Below, in pieces: positions 46,681 to 55,439 of a stretch of DNA of 64,000 nucleotides; position 1 is the first letter of the stretch; every line of letters begins with the position of its first letter. The position numbers and the translations under genes are program-made. Source of the DNA: a virus (taxonomy: Duplodnaviria > Caudoviricetes); the IMG/VR virus record IMGVR_UViG_2896164284_000005, positions 1 to 64,000 of that record; one strand, given 5' to 3'. The notes beneath the pieces were generated by a model. It did not search any database. It was not told the origin of the DNA and saw nothing but the letters and a program-made list of their open reading frames with translations.

Positions 46681-48849
46681 ATGTTTACCTATGGCTCAAT
46701 TTGCTCTGGGATTGAAGCGGTAAGCGTGGCTTGGCAAGAAATCGGGAAACCATTATGGTTTTCTGAAATTGAGCCCTTCCCTTGTGCTGTGCTTGCTCAT
46801 CATTATCCGGATGTGCCAAATCTAGGCGATATGACCACCCTACCACAAAAAATTCTCAATCGTGAAATCCCTACTCCTGATGTTTTAGTTGGTGGAACAC
46901 CTTGTTTTACAGCTGGACATATGGTTTTAACAGATAAAGGATATATGCCAATAGAGACACTTTCTGTTGGTGACTTAGTTGTTACTCATCAAGGACGACT
47001 AAAACCCATCTTGCGTGTGGGTAGCGAAATAAAACAAGTTGGGAAATTAACGGCGGTTGGCTTGCCTGAACCAATCGTCTGTACTCCTGAACATCCTTTT
47101 TATGCTCAAAAATGGCAGACCACAAACACCAAAAAGAATGGCAAATATCATAGGAAAACTATCATTTCCGAACCCGAGTGGATTGAGGCTCATAAATTAG
47201 AAGGCTATCAATGGGTATCATTAACTGATTTCTCAGTTATGCCTTATGGTGGTTTTCACAGCAAACTAACGGATGAAGATGTGCTTTTGATTGCTGGTTA
47301 TTATCTTGGTGATGGTTGGATAAGAAGATGGAAAGGCAAAAATAAAAAAGCTGTTGTTATTTCTGTAAATAAAGAGAAATATCGGAAGTTTTCTCTTTCT
47401 TTTGCCAAGCTTTCTCATCATATTACTACCGAAAATAATTCGGTAATTAAAATCACTATTTGTGACACTGAACTTGCTGATTTTCTTTATTCGCAATTTG
47501 GTGAGAAAGCCGGCGGAAAAACTATACCGGCTTGGTGTTTATCTCATTCTTTCAGAAGTAAAATTTTTGAAGGGTATATGATTACCGATGGCTCTTTTAG
47601 AAACGGAGTTTATACCGCAAATAGCATTTCGAAATCCCTTGCTTACGGCATTGCTGCATTATCCCAAACCTTAGGATATACCTCATCTGTTTCCAAAGTA
47701 ACTGTTGCTCCGACAAAAGAAATCCAAGGAAGAATTGTCAATCAGAATGACTATTATCAAATGCGAGCGTTCCTCCAATCGACATCAAGAAAAAGTCGCC
47801 TTGATGAAAATAGATTATTGAGAAGCGTGCAATCCTTTGAGATAACTGGAAATGAAGTTGTTTATAACATTGAGGTGGCAGATGACAACAGCTACATCTT
47901 AAATAATGCCGTTGTCCATAACTGCCAAGCATTTTCTGTTGCAGGTAAACGAGAAAGTCTTGACGACGAACGAGGAAATTTAACCTTAACTTTAATTCAT
48001 ATTTTGGAGGCGATTGACTATGTTAGAAAACAAGACGGGAAACAACCCTGTGTGCTTGTTTGGGAAAATGTCCCAGGTGTGCTATCCACCAAGGACAACG
48101 CTTTCGGACACTTTTTGGCTGGATTGGTTCAGGAATGTCAGCCATTACAACCACCAAGGGAAAAATGGACGGACGCTGGTTATGTGCATTCAGCGAGAAC
48201 AGTTTGCTGGCGAACGCTCAATGCTCAATACTTCGGTGTTGCCCAACGTCGTAAAAGAGTGTTCCTTGTGGCAAGTGCTAGAAAACGAAGTATCGCCCAA
48301 GTACTCATTGAGTGCAAAAGCGTGCGAGGGCATTTTACGACGAGCGAAAGTGAGAGGAAAGCTGTTACCGGATTCATTGAAACAAGCTTTGGAGCGTATC
48401 GCCAATCAGAGCAAGGTGGAACTTTAAAAGCATCAGGTGGGGTATTAAGCGGAGGAAGCGAAACCCTTATCGTTCACGGCACACAGGACCATATTGTAAA
48501 TCAAAATATTGCACATTGTTTAGGGCGAAATAGCGGACAAGAGAACGTGTTATTTGACATCGCGCATCGCTCTGATGTAGTAAGAGTACAAGATACCAAT
48601 ACTCTCACAAGTACAGATATTCACGCTATATCCACATCTACTCTTGTTCGTAAACTTACACCTATTGAATGTGAACGGTTGCAAGGCTTTCCTGATAACT
48701 ACACGCAAATTCCTTATCGCAACAAACCGGCAGAAGATTGCCCTGATAGCCCACGTTATAAAGCTATTGGTAATTCAATGGCGGTGCCTGTAATGGAATG
48801 GATTGGGCTAAGACTACAAGATTATTTAACTATGGAGAAAACAAAATGA
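46681..48849 (+). CDS. C5-cytosine DNA methyltransferase with intein
   Basis: CSGIE (I), GGTP|CQAFS (IV), ENV (VI), QRRKR (VIII), RKLTP.ECERLQGFP (IX), IGNS (X). Confidence 0.93.
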   Translation: MFTYGSICSGIEAVSVAWQEIGKPLWFSEIEPFPCAVLAHHYPDVPNLGDMTTLPQKILNREIPTPDVLVGGTPCFTAGHMVLTDKGYMPIETLSVGDLVVTHQGRLKPILRVGSEIKQVGKLTAVGLPEPIVCTPEHPFYAQKWQTTNTKKNGKYHRKTIISEPEWIEAHKLEGYQWVSLTDFSVMPYGGFHSKLTDEDVLLIAGYYLGDGWIRRWKGKNKKAVVISVNKEKYRKFSLSFAKLSHHITTENNSVIKITICDTELADFLYSQFGEKAGGKTIPAWCLSHSFRSKIFEGYMITDGSFRNGVYTANSISKSLAYGIAALSQTLGYTSSVSKVTVAPTKEIQGRIVNQNDYYQMRAFLQSTSRKSRLDENRLLRSVQSFEITGNEVVYNIEVADDNSYILNNAVVHNCQAFSVAGKRESLDDERGNLTLTLIHILEAIDYVRKQDGKQPCVLVWENVPGVLSTKDNAFGHFLAGLVQECQPLQPPREKWTDAGYVHSARTVCWRTLNAQYFGVAQRRKRVFLVASARKRSIAQVLIECKSVRGHFTTSESERKAVTGFIETSFGAYRQSEQGGTLKASGGVLSGGSETLIVHGTQDHIVNQNIAHCLGRNSGQENVLFDIAHRSDVVRVQDTNTLTSTDIHAISTSTLVRKLTPIECERLQGFPDNYTQIPYRNKPAEDCPDSPRYKAIGNSMAVPVMEWIGLRLQDYLTMEKTK
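46903..47922 (+). mobile_element. LAGLIDADG intein (340 aa)
   Basis: CFTAGH, CTPEHPF, GYYLGDGW, GYMITDGS, VYNIEV..VVHN|C. Confidence 0.93.
48020..48427 (+). CDS. Nested +1-frame ORF inside methylase (EcoHK31I beta-like)
   Basis: GGAGG RBS 9 nt upstream; ECSLWQVLE..KYSLS..ACEGILRRA..RGK.LP..L.QAL. Confidence 0.65.
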   Translation: MLENKTGNNPVCLFGKMSQVCYPPRTTLSDTFWLDWFRNVSHYNHQGKNGRTLVMCIQREQFAGERSMLNTSVLPNVVKECSLWQVLENEVSPKYSLSAKACEGILRRAKVRGKLLPDSLKQALERIANQSKVEL

Positions 48850-49394
48850 ACCGACTTATCCAACAAATCGAACAATGGGCGGAAGACCGCAACCTGATTA
48901 AAGGCTCAACGCCACAAAAACAAATGCTTAAACTGATGGAAGAGTTTGGCGAACTCTGCGGAGGCATTGCCAAAAATAAGCCTGAAGTGATTAAAGATAG
49001 TATCGGGGATTGTTTTGTGGTTTTGGTTATTTTGGAAAATCAGCTTTATAAATTAGGTCTAACATCGGGAATAGACTGTGCTAACTGGGAAAGTGTAATC
49101 AAAGAATACGACGATCATATACTGTATGAATTACGAAATAAAAATTTAGATAATACTTTAGAGATTATTAAAGATGTACATATGTTTATCCAAACATCTG
49201 GAAGGATTACAAAAAGTTTCTATAACGGTTATAAATTGACGAGAGATTTACGACTTCTTGTCGGTAACTTGTATATGATCTCTTATTGGAGTGAGCAACC
49301 TTTTGAAGAAAGCATCCAACACGCCTACGACCAAATCAAAGACCGCAATGGAAAAATGATAGATGGTGTGTTTGTTAAAGAGGAAGATTTATGA
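48846..49394 (+). CDS. MazG-like nucleotide pyrophosphohydrolase
   Basis: WAEDRNL, KLMEEFGEL, DSIGD, AYDQIKDR.G..IDGVFVK. Confidence 0.85.
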   Translation: MNRLIQQIEQWAEDRNLIKGSTPQKQMLKLMEEFGELCGGIAKNKPEVIKDSIGDCFVVLVILENQLYKLGLTSGIDCANWESVIKEYDDHILYELRNKNLDNTLEIIKDVHMFIQTSGRITKSFYNGYKLTRDLRLLVGNLYMISYWSEQPFEESIQHAYDQIKDRNGKMIDGVFVKEEDL

Positions 49395-49723
49395 AATCAG
49401 ATGAAAAGCATCCAGAATTAGTCGTATGTGCCGCAATTAAATTCGTTAAACGAGACCAGAAAGACATCAACTTAAATCGCTGTGGTGTTGAATTTGTTAT
49501 CCCTATGATTCGCCACTACTCTCCTGATGGACGAGAAATATTAGAAACTATTCAACCTTATTCGGAAGAATGTGAATTAAAAGAAGTTGAGCAGGGTTTC
49601 ATCACAAATTTCAGTCGTTTTATTGGACGAACAGAAGCATTAGAGATAGCAAAGGCTAATAATCAAATTCGATTTGATATCGGTTATGAGCCTGAATGTC
49701 TCTATAGCGAAATGTTGTATTAA
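49391..49723 (+). CDS. Hypothetical phage protein
   Basis: VCAAI, EQGF....RF..R.EA, LYSE. Confidence 0.7.
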   Translation: MKSDEKHPELVVCAAIKFVKRDQKDINLNRCGVEFVIPMIRHYSPDGREILETIQPYSEECELKEVEQGFITNFSRFIGRTEALEIAKANNQIRFDIGYEPECLYSEMLY

Positions 49724-49738
49724 CTTAGAGAAATATTT

Positions 49739-49936
49739 ATGCAATTAGAAGCAGAAAAATTTGCCAAAATTCTCTCTCATCTTCAGGGAATTTGTACAAC
49801 CTTAGGCTATGAAGATATTAAATTCCTTTGTTGGCTAGAAAAAGAAGAGGGCAATATGGAATTTGTATTGGAAGATGGCAAATCAAACCAACGATTGAGT
49901 TTTATTTTACCTTTTAAAAAAGAGGCGACAAAATGA
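49739..49936 (+). CDS. Hypothetical protein
   Basis: In operon; ATGA coupling to next gene. Confidence 0.6.
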   Translation: MQLEAEKFAKILSHLQGICTTLGYEDIKFLCWLEKEEGNMEFVLEDGKSNQRLSFILPFKKEATK

Positions 49937-50235
49937 CCGAAACCATCAGCGTAAACCACCACACTTTTCAAACGCTCGCCATACAGTCATTACGCTACTG
50001 TATGGGGCGTAGAACCTTTGCCGTAATAGATTGCGTGGAGTTTATCCGTGAACATTGGCAAGACCTTACCAAACACACCAAAGCCATCATCATTCGAGAT
50101 TTAGACGAGGCATTGCAATCCCACGAAGACGACCTAAGAGACAATAGAGGATATTGCTACTTAGGCGACCAGTGCGACTACCAAAAATGGAAAAACCTAA
50201 GAAAATGGATCAACTCACAGCCTAGCGAGAGCTAG
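49933..50235 (+). CDS. Hypothetical phage protein
   Basis: RYCMGRRT motif. Confidence 0.7.
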   Translation: MTETISVNHHTFQTLAIQSLRYCMGRRTFAVIDCVEFIREHWQDLTKHTKAIIIRDLDEALQSHEDDLRDNRGYCYLGDQCDYQKWKNLRKWINSQPSES

Positions 50236-50257
50236 GTTTTTTATTGGAGGGGATAAA

Positions 50258-50479
50258 ATGGAAAGTGCATTTTATACACAAGATGAAATAAGAATATTAA
50301 CAGGTGTAAAGTCCAAGAAAAAAACAATGTGTAAAGTATTAAAAAAACAACACATTTCATTCGTTGTAGATGTTAATGGATTTCCTGTTGTAAAAAGAGA
50401 TTTTTTAACTACCACTAAAAAAACAGAAGAAAAACTAAAACCAAAATGGCAGTCTAATGCCTTATCGCATAAAACTTGA
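50258..50479 (+). CDS. xis: Excisionase (DUF4224-like)
   Basis: DEI..LTG.K....C..L....I.F.....G.P.V; upstream of int. Confidence 0.75.
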   Translation: MESAFYTQDEIRILTGVKSKKKTMCKVLKKQHISFVVDVNGFPVVKRDFLTTTKKTEEKLKPKWQSNALSHKT

Positions 50480-50495
50480 TCATGAGAGGTGAAAT

Positions 50496-51527
50496 ATGGG
50501 CAGACATAGAGAACATTACAATCAAAATTTACCTACTCACGTTTATTGCAGAAATCGCAAACGCAAACGTACTGGTAAAGACGTTTTTTATTACTTTTAT
50601 AGATTATCGAATGGAAAAGAAATAGCACTTGGTAAAGATTACAATGAGGCATTGATAAGATGTGCTAGGTTGAATTTAGACCGAGAAAAAGAAAACGAAA
50701 TTATTACATTCACTCTTGTCGCCAAACGATACACAGAAGAAGTTGTTCCGACAAAAGCATTGCATACCCAAAAATCTAATCTCAGCAGCCTTAACTTATT
50801 ACACAAATTCTTTTCAGATCCGCCCGCCCCATTATCAGAGATTGAACCTGAACATATTCGACAATTTTTAGACTGGAAACGTTCTGCGCCAACAATGGCC
50901 AATAAAGCGATTTCGCTGTTTAATACCATTTGGAATAAAGCGAGAGAATGGGGATATACAAAAGATCTCTCCCCTGTTTACGGAGTAAAAAAACATAAAC
51001 AGAAAAATCGTACAAATTATGTTGAAAACTTTGTATTAGAAAAAGTGATGGAATTTGCCGACCAAAATCTAAAAGACCTTATGGAAGTTGCATATTTAAC
51101 AGGTCAACGACCAGTTGATGTGGTGCAAATTCATAAAAACCATATTTATGATGGAGTGTTACATTTTACACAGCAAAAAACAAATGCCAAAGTAAGAATG
51201 GTCATGAGTGGAAGACTGGCTGAGATTTTAACCCCTAGACTGGAAACAACCACAAACTGGCTTTTCCACAACAAAAGAGGTGGAAAGCTAAGCCCTAATT
51301 TATTGGGATATTGGTTTAGAAACGCTAGAAAAAAAGCGATAAACAAATATCCAGAATTAGAAAATGAATTATTGAATTTTCAGTTCAGAGATTTAAGAGC
51401 GAAAGCTGGTACAGATACTGCACTAAATAAAGGCATAGAAACAGCAAGACAACAACTCGGCCATACATCACTACAAATGACGAGAGTTTATGTAAGACGT
51501 GACAAAGTTGTCAGCCCTACAGAATAA
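50496..51527 (+). CDS. int: Tyrosine integrase
   Basis: TGQRP.D, QQKT, FRDLRAK, LGH....MT..Y. Confidence 0.95.
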   Translation: MGRHREHYNQNLPTHVYCRNRKRKRTGKDVFYYFYRLSNGKEIALGKDYNEALIRCARLNLDREKENEIITFTLVAKRYTEEVVPTKALHTQKSNLSSLNLLHKFFSDPPAPLSEIEPEHIRQFLDWKRSAPTMANKAISLFNTIWNKAREWGYTKDLSPVYGVKKHKQKNRTNYVENFVLEKVMEFADQNLKDLMEVAYLTGQRPVDVVQIHKNHIYDGVLHFTQQKTNAKVRMVMSGRLAEILTPRLETTTNWLFHNKRGGKLSPNLLGYWFRNARKKAINKYPELENELLNFQFRDLRAKAGTDTALNKGIETARQQLGHTSLQMTRVYVRRDKVVSPTE

Positions 51528-51533
51528 ATAATT

Positions 51534-52734
51534 TGTAGAAGATCAGACTTGATCTGACAAATCATTATAAAAATGAGAGTTTCCCGTTTAGAATATGAGT
51601 GTCTAAAATTAAATCTAAACAAAAAAGGAAACTCTCATGTTTTATTCTAACAATCCGCTCATTAAACACAAGACCGGTTTACTCAATTTAGCAGAAGAAC
51701 TTGGAAACATTTCTCAAGCTTGTAAAGCGATGGGGATGAGCCGAGATACATTCTATCGCTATCAACAAGCCGTAGAGCAAGGTGGTGTTGAAGCATTACT
51801 TAATCAAACTCGTCGGGCACCGAATATCAAAAATCGAGTAGACGAGCACATTGAGCAAGCTGTTGTAAAATTTGCCCTAGATTTTCCAGCTTACGGACAA
51901 GTTCGAGTGAGTAACGAACTTCGCAAGCAAGGTGTTTTTGTTTCAGCCGGTGGTGTTCGTTCCATTTGGCTACGTCATAATCTTGCTAACTTTAAACAGC
52001 GTTTAAATGCACTAGAGAAAGAAGTAGCTGAGAAAGGCATTATTCTAAATGAAAGTCAAGTCCAAGCCTTGGAACGTAAGAAAGAGGATGATATATCGAG
52101 TGGAGAAATTGAAACCGCTCATCCGGGCTATTTAGGTTCACAAGATACCTTTTATGTAGGTAATTTAAAAGGTGTTGGACGCATTTATCAGCAAACATTT
52201 GTTGATACTTATAGTAAGGTTGCTTTTGCAAAGCTCTACACAATGAAAACCGCAATTGCCGCTGCAGATATGCTCAATGATAAAGTCCTGCCGTTCTTTG
52301 AAGCCCAAGGATTACCGATGTTGCGTATTCTCACCGACCGTGGTAGTGAATATTGTGGCAAGGTGGAAAATCACGATTATGAGCTTTATTTAGCGATAAA
52401 TGACATAGAGCATACTAAAACGAAAGTGAAGCATCCACAGACGAATGGTATCTGTGAACGTTTTCATAAGACTATCTTACAAGAATTTTACCAAGTCGCA
52501 TTTAGGAAGAAAATATATACGGATTTAGCGACATTACAAGCTGATTTAGATGAGTGGTTAATGTATTATAATCACCATCGAACACATCAAGGAAAAATGT
52601 GCTGTGGCAGAACACCGATGGCAACATTACTTGATGGAAAAGGGATTTGGGCAGAAAAGAATTTAAGCTCAAATTAATCTGACAGACACGGTAATTCTAA
52701 ACGGGGACTGTCAGATTAGGTTTGATCTTCTACA
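51534..52734 (+). mobile_element. IS481-family insertion sequence (1201 bp)
   Basis: TGT..ACA ends, imperfect ~26-bp inverted repeats, AATAATT direct repeat on both sides. Confidence 0.93.
51637..52677 (+). CDS. IS481-family DDE transposase
   Basis: HTH; QDTF, LTDRGSEY, PQTNGICERF, YN..R.H. Confidence 0.95.
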   Translation: MFYSNNPLIKHKTGLLNLAEELGNISQACKAMGMSRDTFYRYQQAVEQGGVEALLNQTRRAPNIKNRVDEHIEQAVVKFALDFPAYGQVRVSNELRKQGVFVSAGGVRSIWLRHNLANFKQRLNALEKEVAEKGIILNESQVQALERKKEDDISSGEIETAHPGYLGSQDTFYVGNLKGVGRIYQQTFVDTYSKVAFAKLYTMKTAIAAADMLNDKVLPFFEAQGLPMLRILTDRGSEYCGKVENHDYELYLAINDIEHTKTKVKHPQTNGICERFHKTILQEFYQVAFRKKIYTDLATLQADLDEWLMYYNHHRTHQGKMCCGRTPMATLLDGKGIWAEKNLSSN

Positions 52735-52740
52735 AATAAT

Positions 52741-52968
52741 TTTGGAACATATTTGTTTTTTTGTGGAACGAGTTTTTATTTTCAACATCTAACTTATTGA
52801 TTTATTTTGATTAAAATAATTAATCCTTTAAACTCTCAATTTCTTTGGTAAATAAAGAGTATAGTGTATTTATGCTATCTGAGTAAATGAAAGTGTTCCT
52901 AAAAATTGCTAACAATCACTTTAAAAAACTCTTTAAAATCAATTAGAATATTTTTTATTTTGGAACAC
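52741..52968. other. attP-like junction between tandem prophages
   Basis: GGAAC arm-type repeats at 52741, 52762, 52893 (inverted) and 52959; IHF consensus at ~52790-52802. Confidence 0.6.
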
Positions 52969-53038
52969 TTTCAATGTTCATCTTTATAATGTGACAGGGT
53001 TTACTTTTCTATAAAGGCGGGTTAATCCGCCTTTACTT

Positions 53039-53332
53039 CTAAACCACAATATCCCCTTTCTCTTTTAAATGTCGATAAATGCGATCTAGCATGATCTGTG
53101 TCGGCGTTTTCCCCAAATCATCTTCGGTTAACGGAGCCTCTAGAATGCCTTTCGCATTTTCACTATCGATCCATTTGTAACTTTCGATAATTGGTGTGAA
53201 GTCGGTTACTTGACCTTCGCTATCTACTCCAGTGCCGATAACGTATTTTGCATTGATTGTGCCATCATCTTGAATAGAATATGTAGCGATGGTTGAGTAC
53301 ATTGGGTTTAAGATTTTATTAAATGTTGTCAT
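53039..53332 (-). CDS. Conserved phage protein (copy of 1-294)
   Basis: 96/97 aa identical. Confidence 0.8.
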   Translation of the reverse strand: MTTFNKILNPMYSTIATYSIQDDGTINAKYVIGTGVDSEGQVTDFTPIIESYKWIDSENAKGILEAPLTEDDLGKTPTQIMLDRIYRHLKEKGDIVV

Positions 53333-53518
53333 AATGGACTCCTTGTTAGTTTAGATAAAAGAAAACCCGACCATTTTGATCGGGCATTGTTAGAGATTTA
53401 TGCTGTTAGTGGTTTAATTGAAAAAATATTGTAACTGCTATCCTCCTATTTTGTATCAAGCCGCTGATTGAGTTAAATAGGCATTAAAAAACCGCCTCAA
53501 GGACGGTCTTTCTATGTT

Positions 53519-53944
53519 TTAACCCAATGACAATTTCAGCGGTTTGCCTAGGGCGATAAGGACTTTTTCAATGGCGTCAATTTTCGATCCGTAGCGTGGA
53601 TTTAAAATGCGCCCGATTTCAACCGCACTTAATCCGGCTAATTCTCCAAGGGCTTTTTTGGTTAAGCCCTGTTTGACACGCTCGTTATTGAGCAATACTT
53701 TTGCTTCGAGTTGGCTCGACATTGCGACTAGTCGTTCCCCTACTTTTGGTTCAGTGGGGTCGGGAAAATATTTGTCTTCGTCAAAATAATCTTTGACGTT
53801 ACAAATCAGCAAGTCTTCAAGCATTTCATCAAGTTCAGTCAAATCTTCGCCTTGTGTTACGCCTGTGAGTTTTTCTTCGTCTGCAAAGGTTGCCCAATAA
53901 CCGCCTTTTTCGTGATCGTGGATAACAGCCGGGTAATATCTCAT
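53519..53944 (-). CDS. hicB: HicB antitoxin
   Basis: YPAVI..GGYWATF.D...TQGE; C-terminal HTH. Confidence 0.88.
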   Translation of the reverse strand: MRYYPAVIHDHEKGGYWATFADEEKLTGVTQGEDLTELDEMLEDLLICNVKDYFDEDKYFPDPTEPKVGERLVAMSSQLEAKVLLNNERVKQGLTKKALGELAGLSAVEIGRILNPRYGSKIDAIEKVLIALGKPLKLSLG

Positions 53945-53998
53945 CTTGTTTTCTCCATTATTTGAACCAGTGAAAGCCCCTCTGAGAGAGGCTTTGAG

Positions 53999-54172
53999 TT
54001 AGATCATTCCAAGTTGCTTTTTAATCGTCTTAGCCATATTTTCATCTAAGTCTTTTGAGCCTCTTGATAATCTTGATGTTTTGCCGTTGTAAGTTAGTTT
54101 GTAATGTTTTGTTCCATTCGTTACTGTTACACCGTTTGCTTCAAGCCACCGTTTAAACTCTTTGGGTTTCAC
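53999..54172 (-). CDS. hicA: HicA toxin (57 aa, GTG start)
   Basis: MKPKEFKRWLEANGV...GTKHYKL...IKKQLG; GAGGAG RBS; read manually. Confidence 0.85.
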   Translation of the reverse strand: MKPKEFKRWLEANGVTVTNGTKHYKLTYNGKTSRLSRGSKDLDENMAKTIKKQLGMI

Positions 54173-54255
54173 TGTTTCTCCTCTGTTTGTTTAAGATTAG
54201 AATATTATATACGTTTTCGTATAATAAAAAAAGATTATTTTACGTTTTCGTTTAT

Positions 54256-55092
54256 TTAATATTTTGTTACTTTAAAAAATCGAACGTGTGTTACTCCTGG
54301 ATTTACATGTGCAGTGATTTTAGATCGGTCACTATTTATTTCTAACTGCATACAACTATTAGACGCCGAAGAATGTGTCCAGCCGTTGGGGCATGTTATA
54401 GACATTTTAGTCGTATACTTTGAGTTACTTTTTAAAGTCACAGTGCCTAAATCATCTGCATAAAATAAAAAAGAATTCTCTGTAATATAATTTCCTTTAT
54501 CAAAAAAACCATAACTTTCTTTCTTCTTTTCATAAGACAAATACGTTAAAGATAATTCACCTTTTAATTCAGTTGTTAACTTACTGTTATAAAAACCAGA
54601 CTCATGTTTTAATGATATATTAATAGAATTACCATTCGGAGTTAAAGCTAAATATGTCCCCCCTAAAAAATTAAAATTGACAAACTCAGACCAAGGTTGG
54701 GTATTAAATGTTCGTGCCATCAATTTTTTGTAATTAACATTAAAAATACCATACACTTTATATTTAGTAGGTATTGTCAGAAGTTTACTCTGACCAGGCT
54801 GTAAGTGATTATAAGGGATGTTTATTCGTTCATTATGAGAGTGAGCTATCAAGGTTTCAGGTAATTTATTTGGTATCATTGCTCCATATATCATATTCCC
54901 AACTGGGATTGGTTTAACGAAACAATAAATGCTTGAAACAGCCGCAGAGAGTAAATTAGTGATTGAATTTTCTTGAGTAAGATCAAACGCTTCTGTCGTA
55001 TTTGCTTCTTCTAACCTTATGGGGATAAGAATATATTGGTGGTTTCTAGAATTACTAATAACTCTATTTCCAAGTTTAATTCCATAACTCAT
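54256..55092 (-). CDS. Tail-tip accessory / putative receptor-binding protein
   Basis: MSYGIK start, low GC; same slot as 458-1273. Confidence 0.6.
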   Translation of the reverse strand: MSYGIKLGNRVISNSRNHQYILIPIRLEEANTTEAFDLTQENSITNLLSAAVSSIYCFVKPIPVGNMIYGAMIPNKLPETLIAHSHNERINIPYNHLQPGQSKLLTIPTKYKVYGIFNVNYKKLMARTFNTQPWSEFVNFNFLGGTYLALTPNGNSINISLKHESGFYNSKLTTELKGELSLTYLSYEKKKESYGFFDKGNYITENSFLFYADDLGTVTLKSNSKYTTKMSITCPNGWTHSSASNSCMQLEINSDRSKITAHVNPGVTHVRFFKVTKY

Positions 55093-55094
55093 AA

Positions 55095-55439
55095 CTATAC
55101 ATCATCTTGCATTTTATTTTTTACTTGTGAAATAGTTTTAATATCAATCATATGTTTTATTTTCATCCCATAAAAAATACTTTTTTCATTTGTAATTAAA
55201 ACTGATAAGACAAAAAAGCTTGGATCTACTTCGAATTGAGGACAATCTTCAATAGTAAAGAATGAAACTCTGCCATTATTTAATTCTAAAAAATCATTAA
55301 AGGATGTATATGATGTCAATTCCACTTCACAAGTTGTATTGACGTAATCAATAGTAATTCTCGATACAAAATGAAAACTACGTTTTTCAATATCAGCTAT
55401 TCCGTAATGCATAGCAATGTCATTCTCTATAAAATACAT
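55095..55439 (-). CDS. Small protein downstream of J
   Basis: Start overlaps J stop. Confidence 0.65.
   Translation of the reverse strand: MYFIENDIAMHYGIADIEKRSFHFVSRITIDYVNTTCEVELTSYTSFNDFLELNNGRVSFFTIEDCPQFEVDPSFFVLSVLITNEKSIFYGMKIKHMIDIKTISQVKNKMQDDV

Larger units (their letters stand above)
1..52900. mobile_element. Prophage 1: nearly complete lambdoid siphovirus (left end just outside window)
   Basis: Complete ordered modules tail-head-terminase-lysis-Q-O/P-cro/cI-recombination-xis-int; right boundary approximate. Confidence 0.95.
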
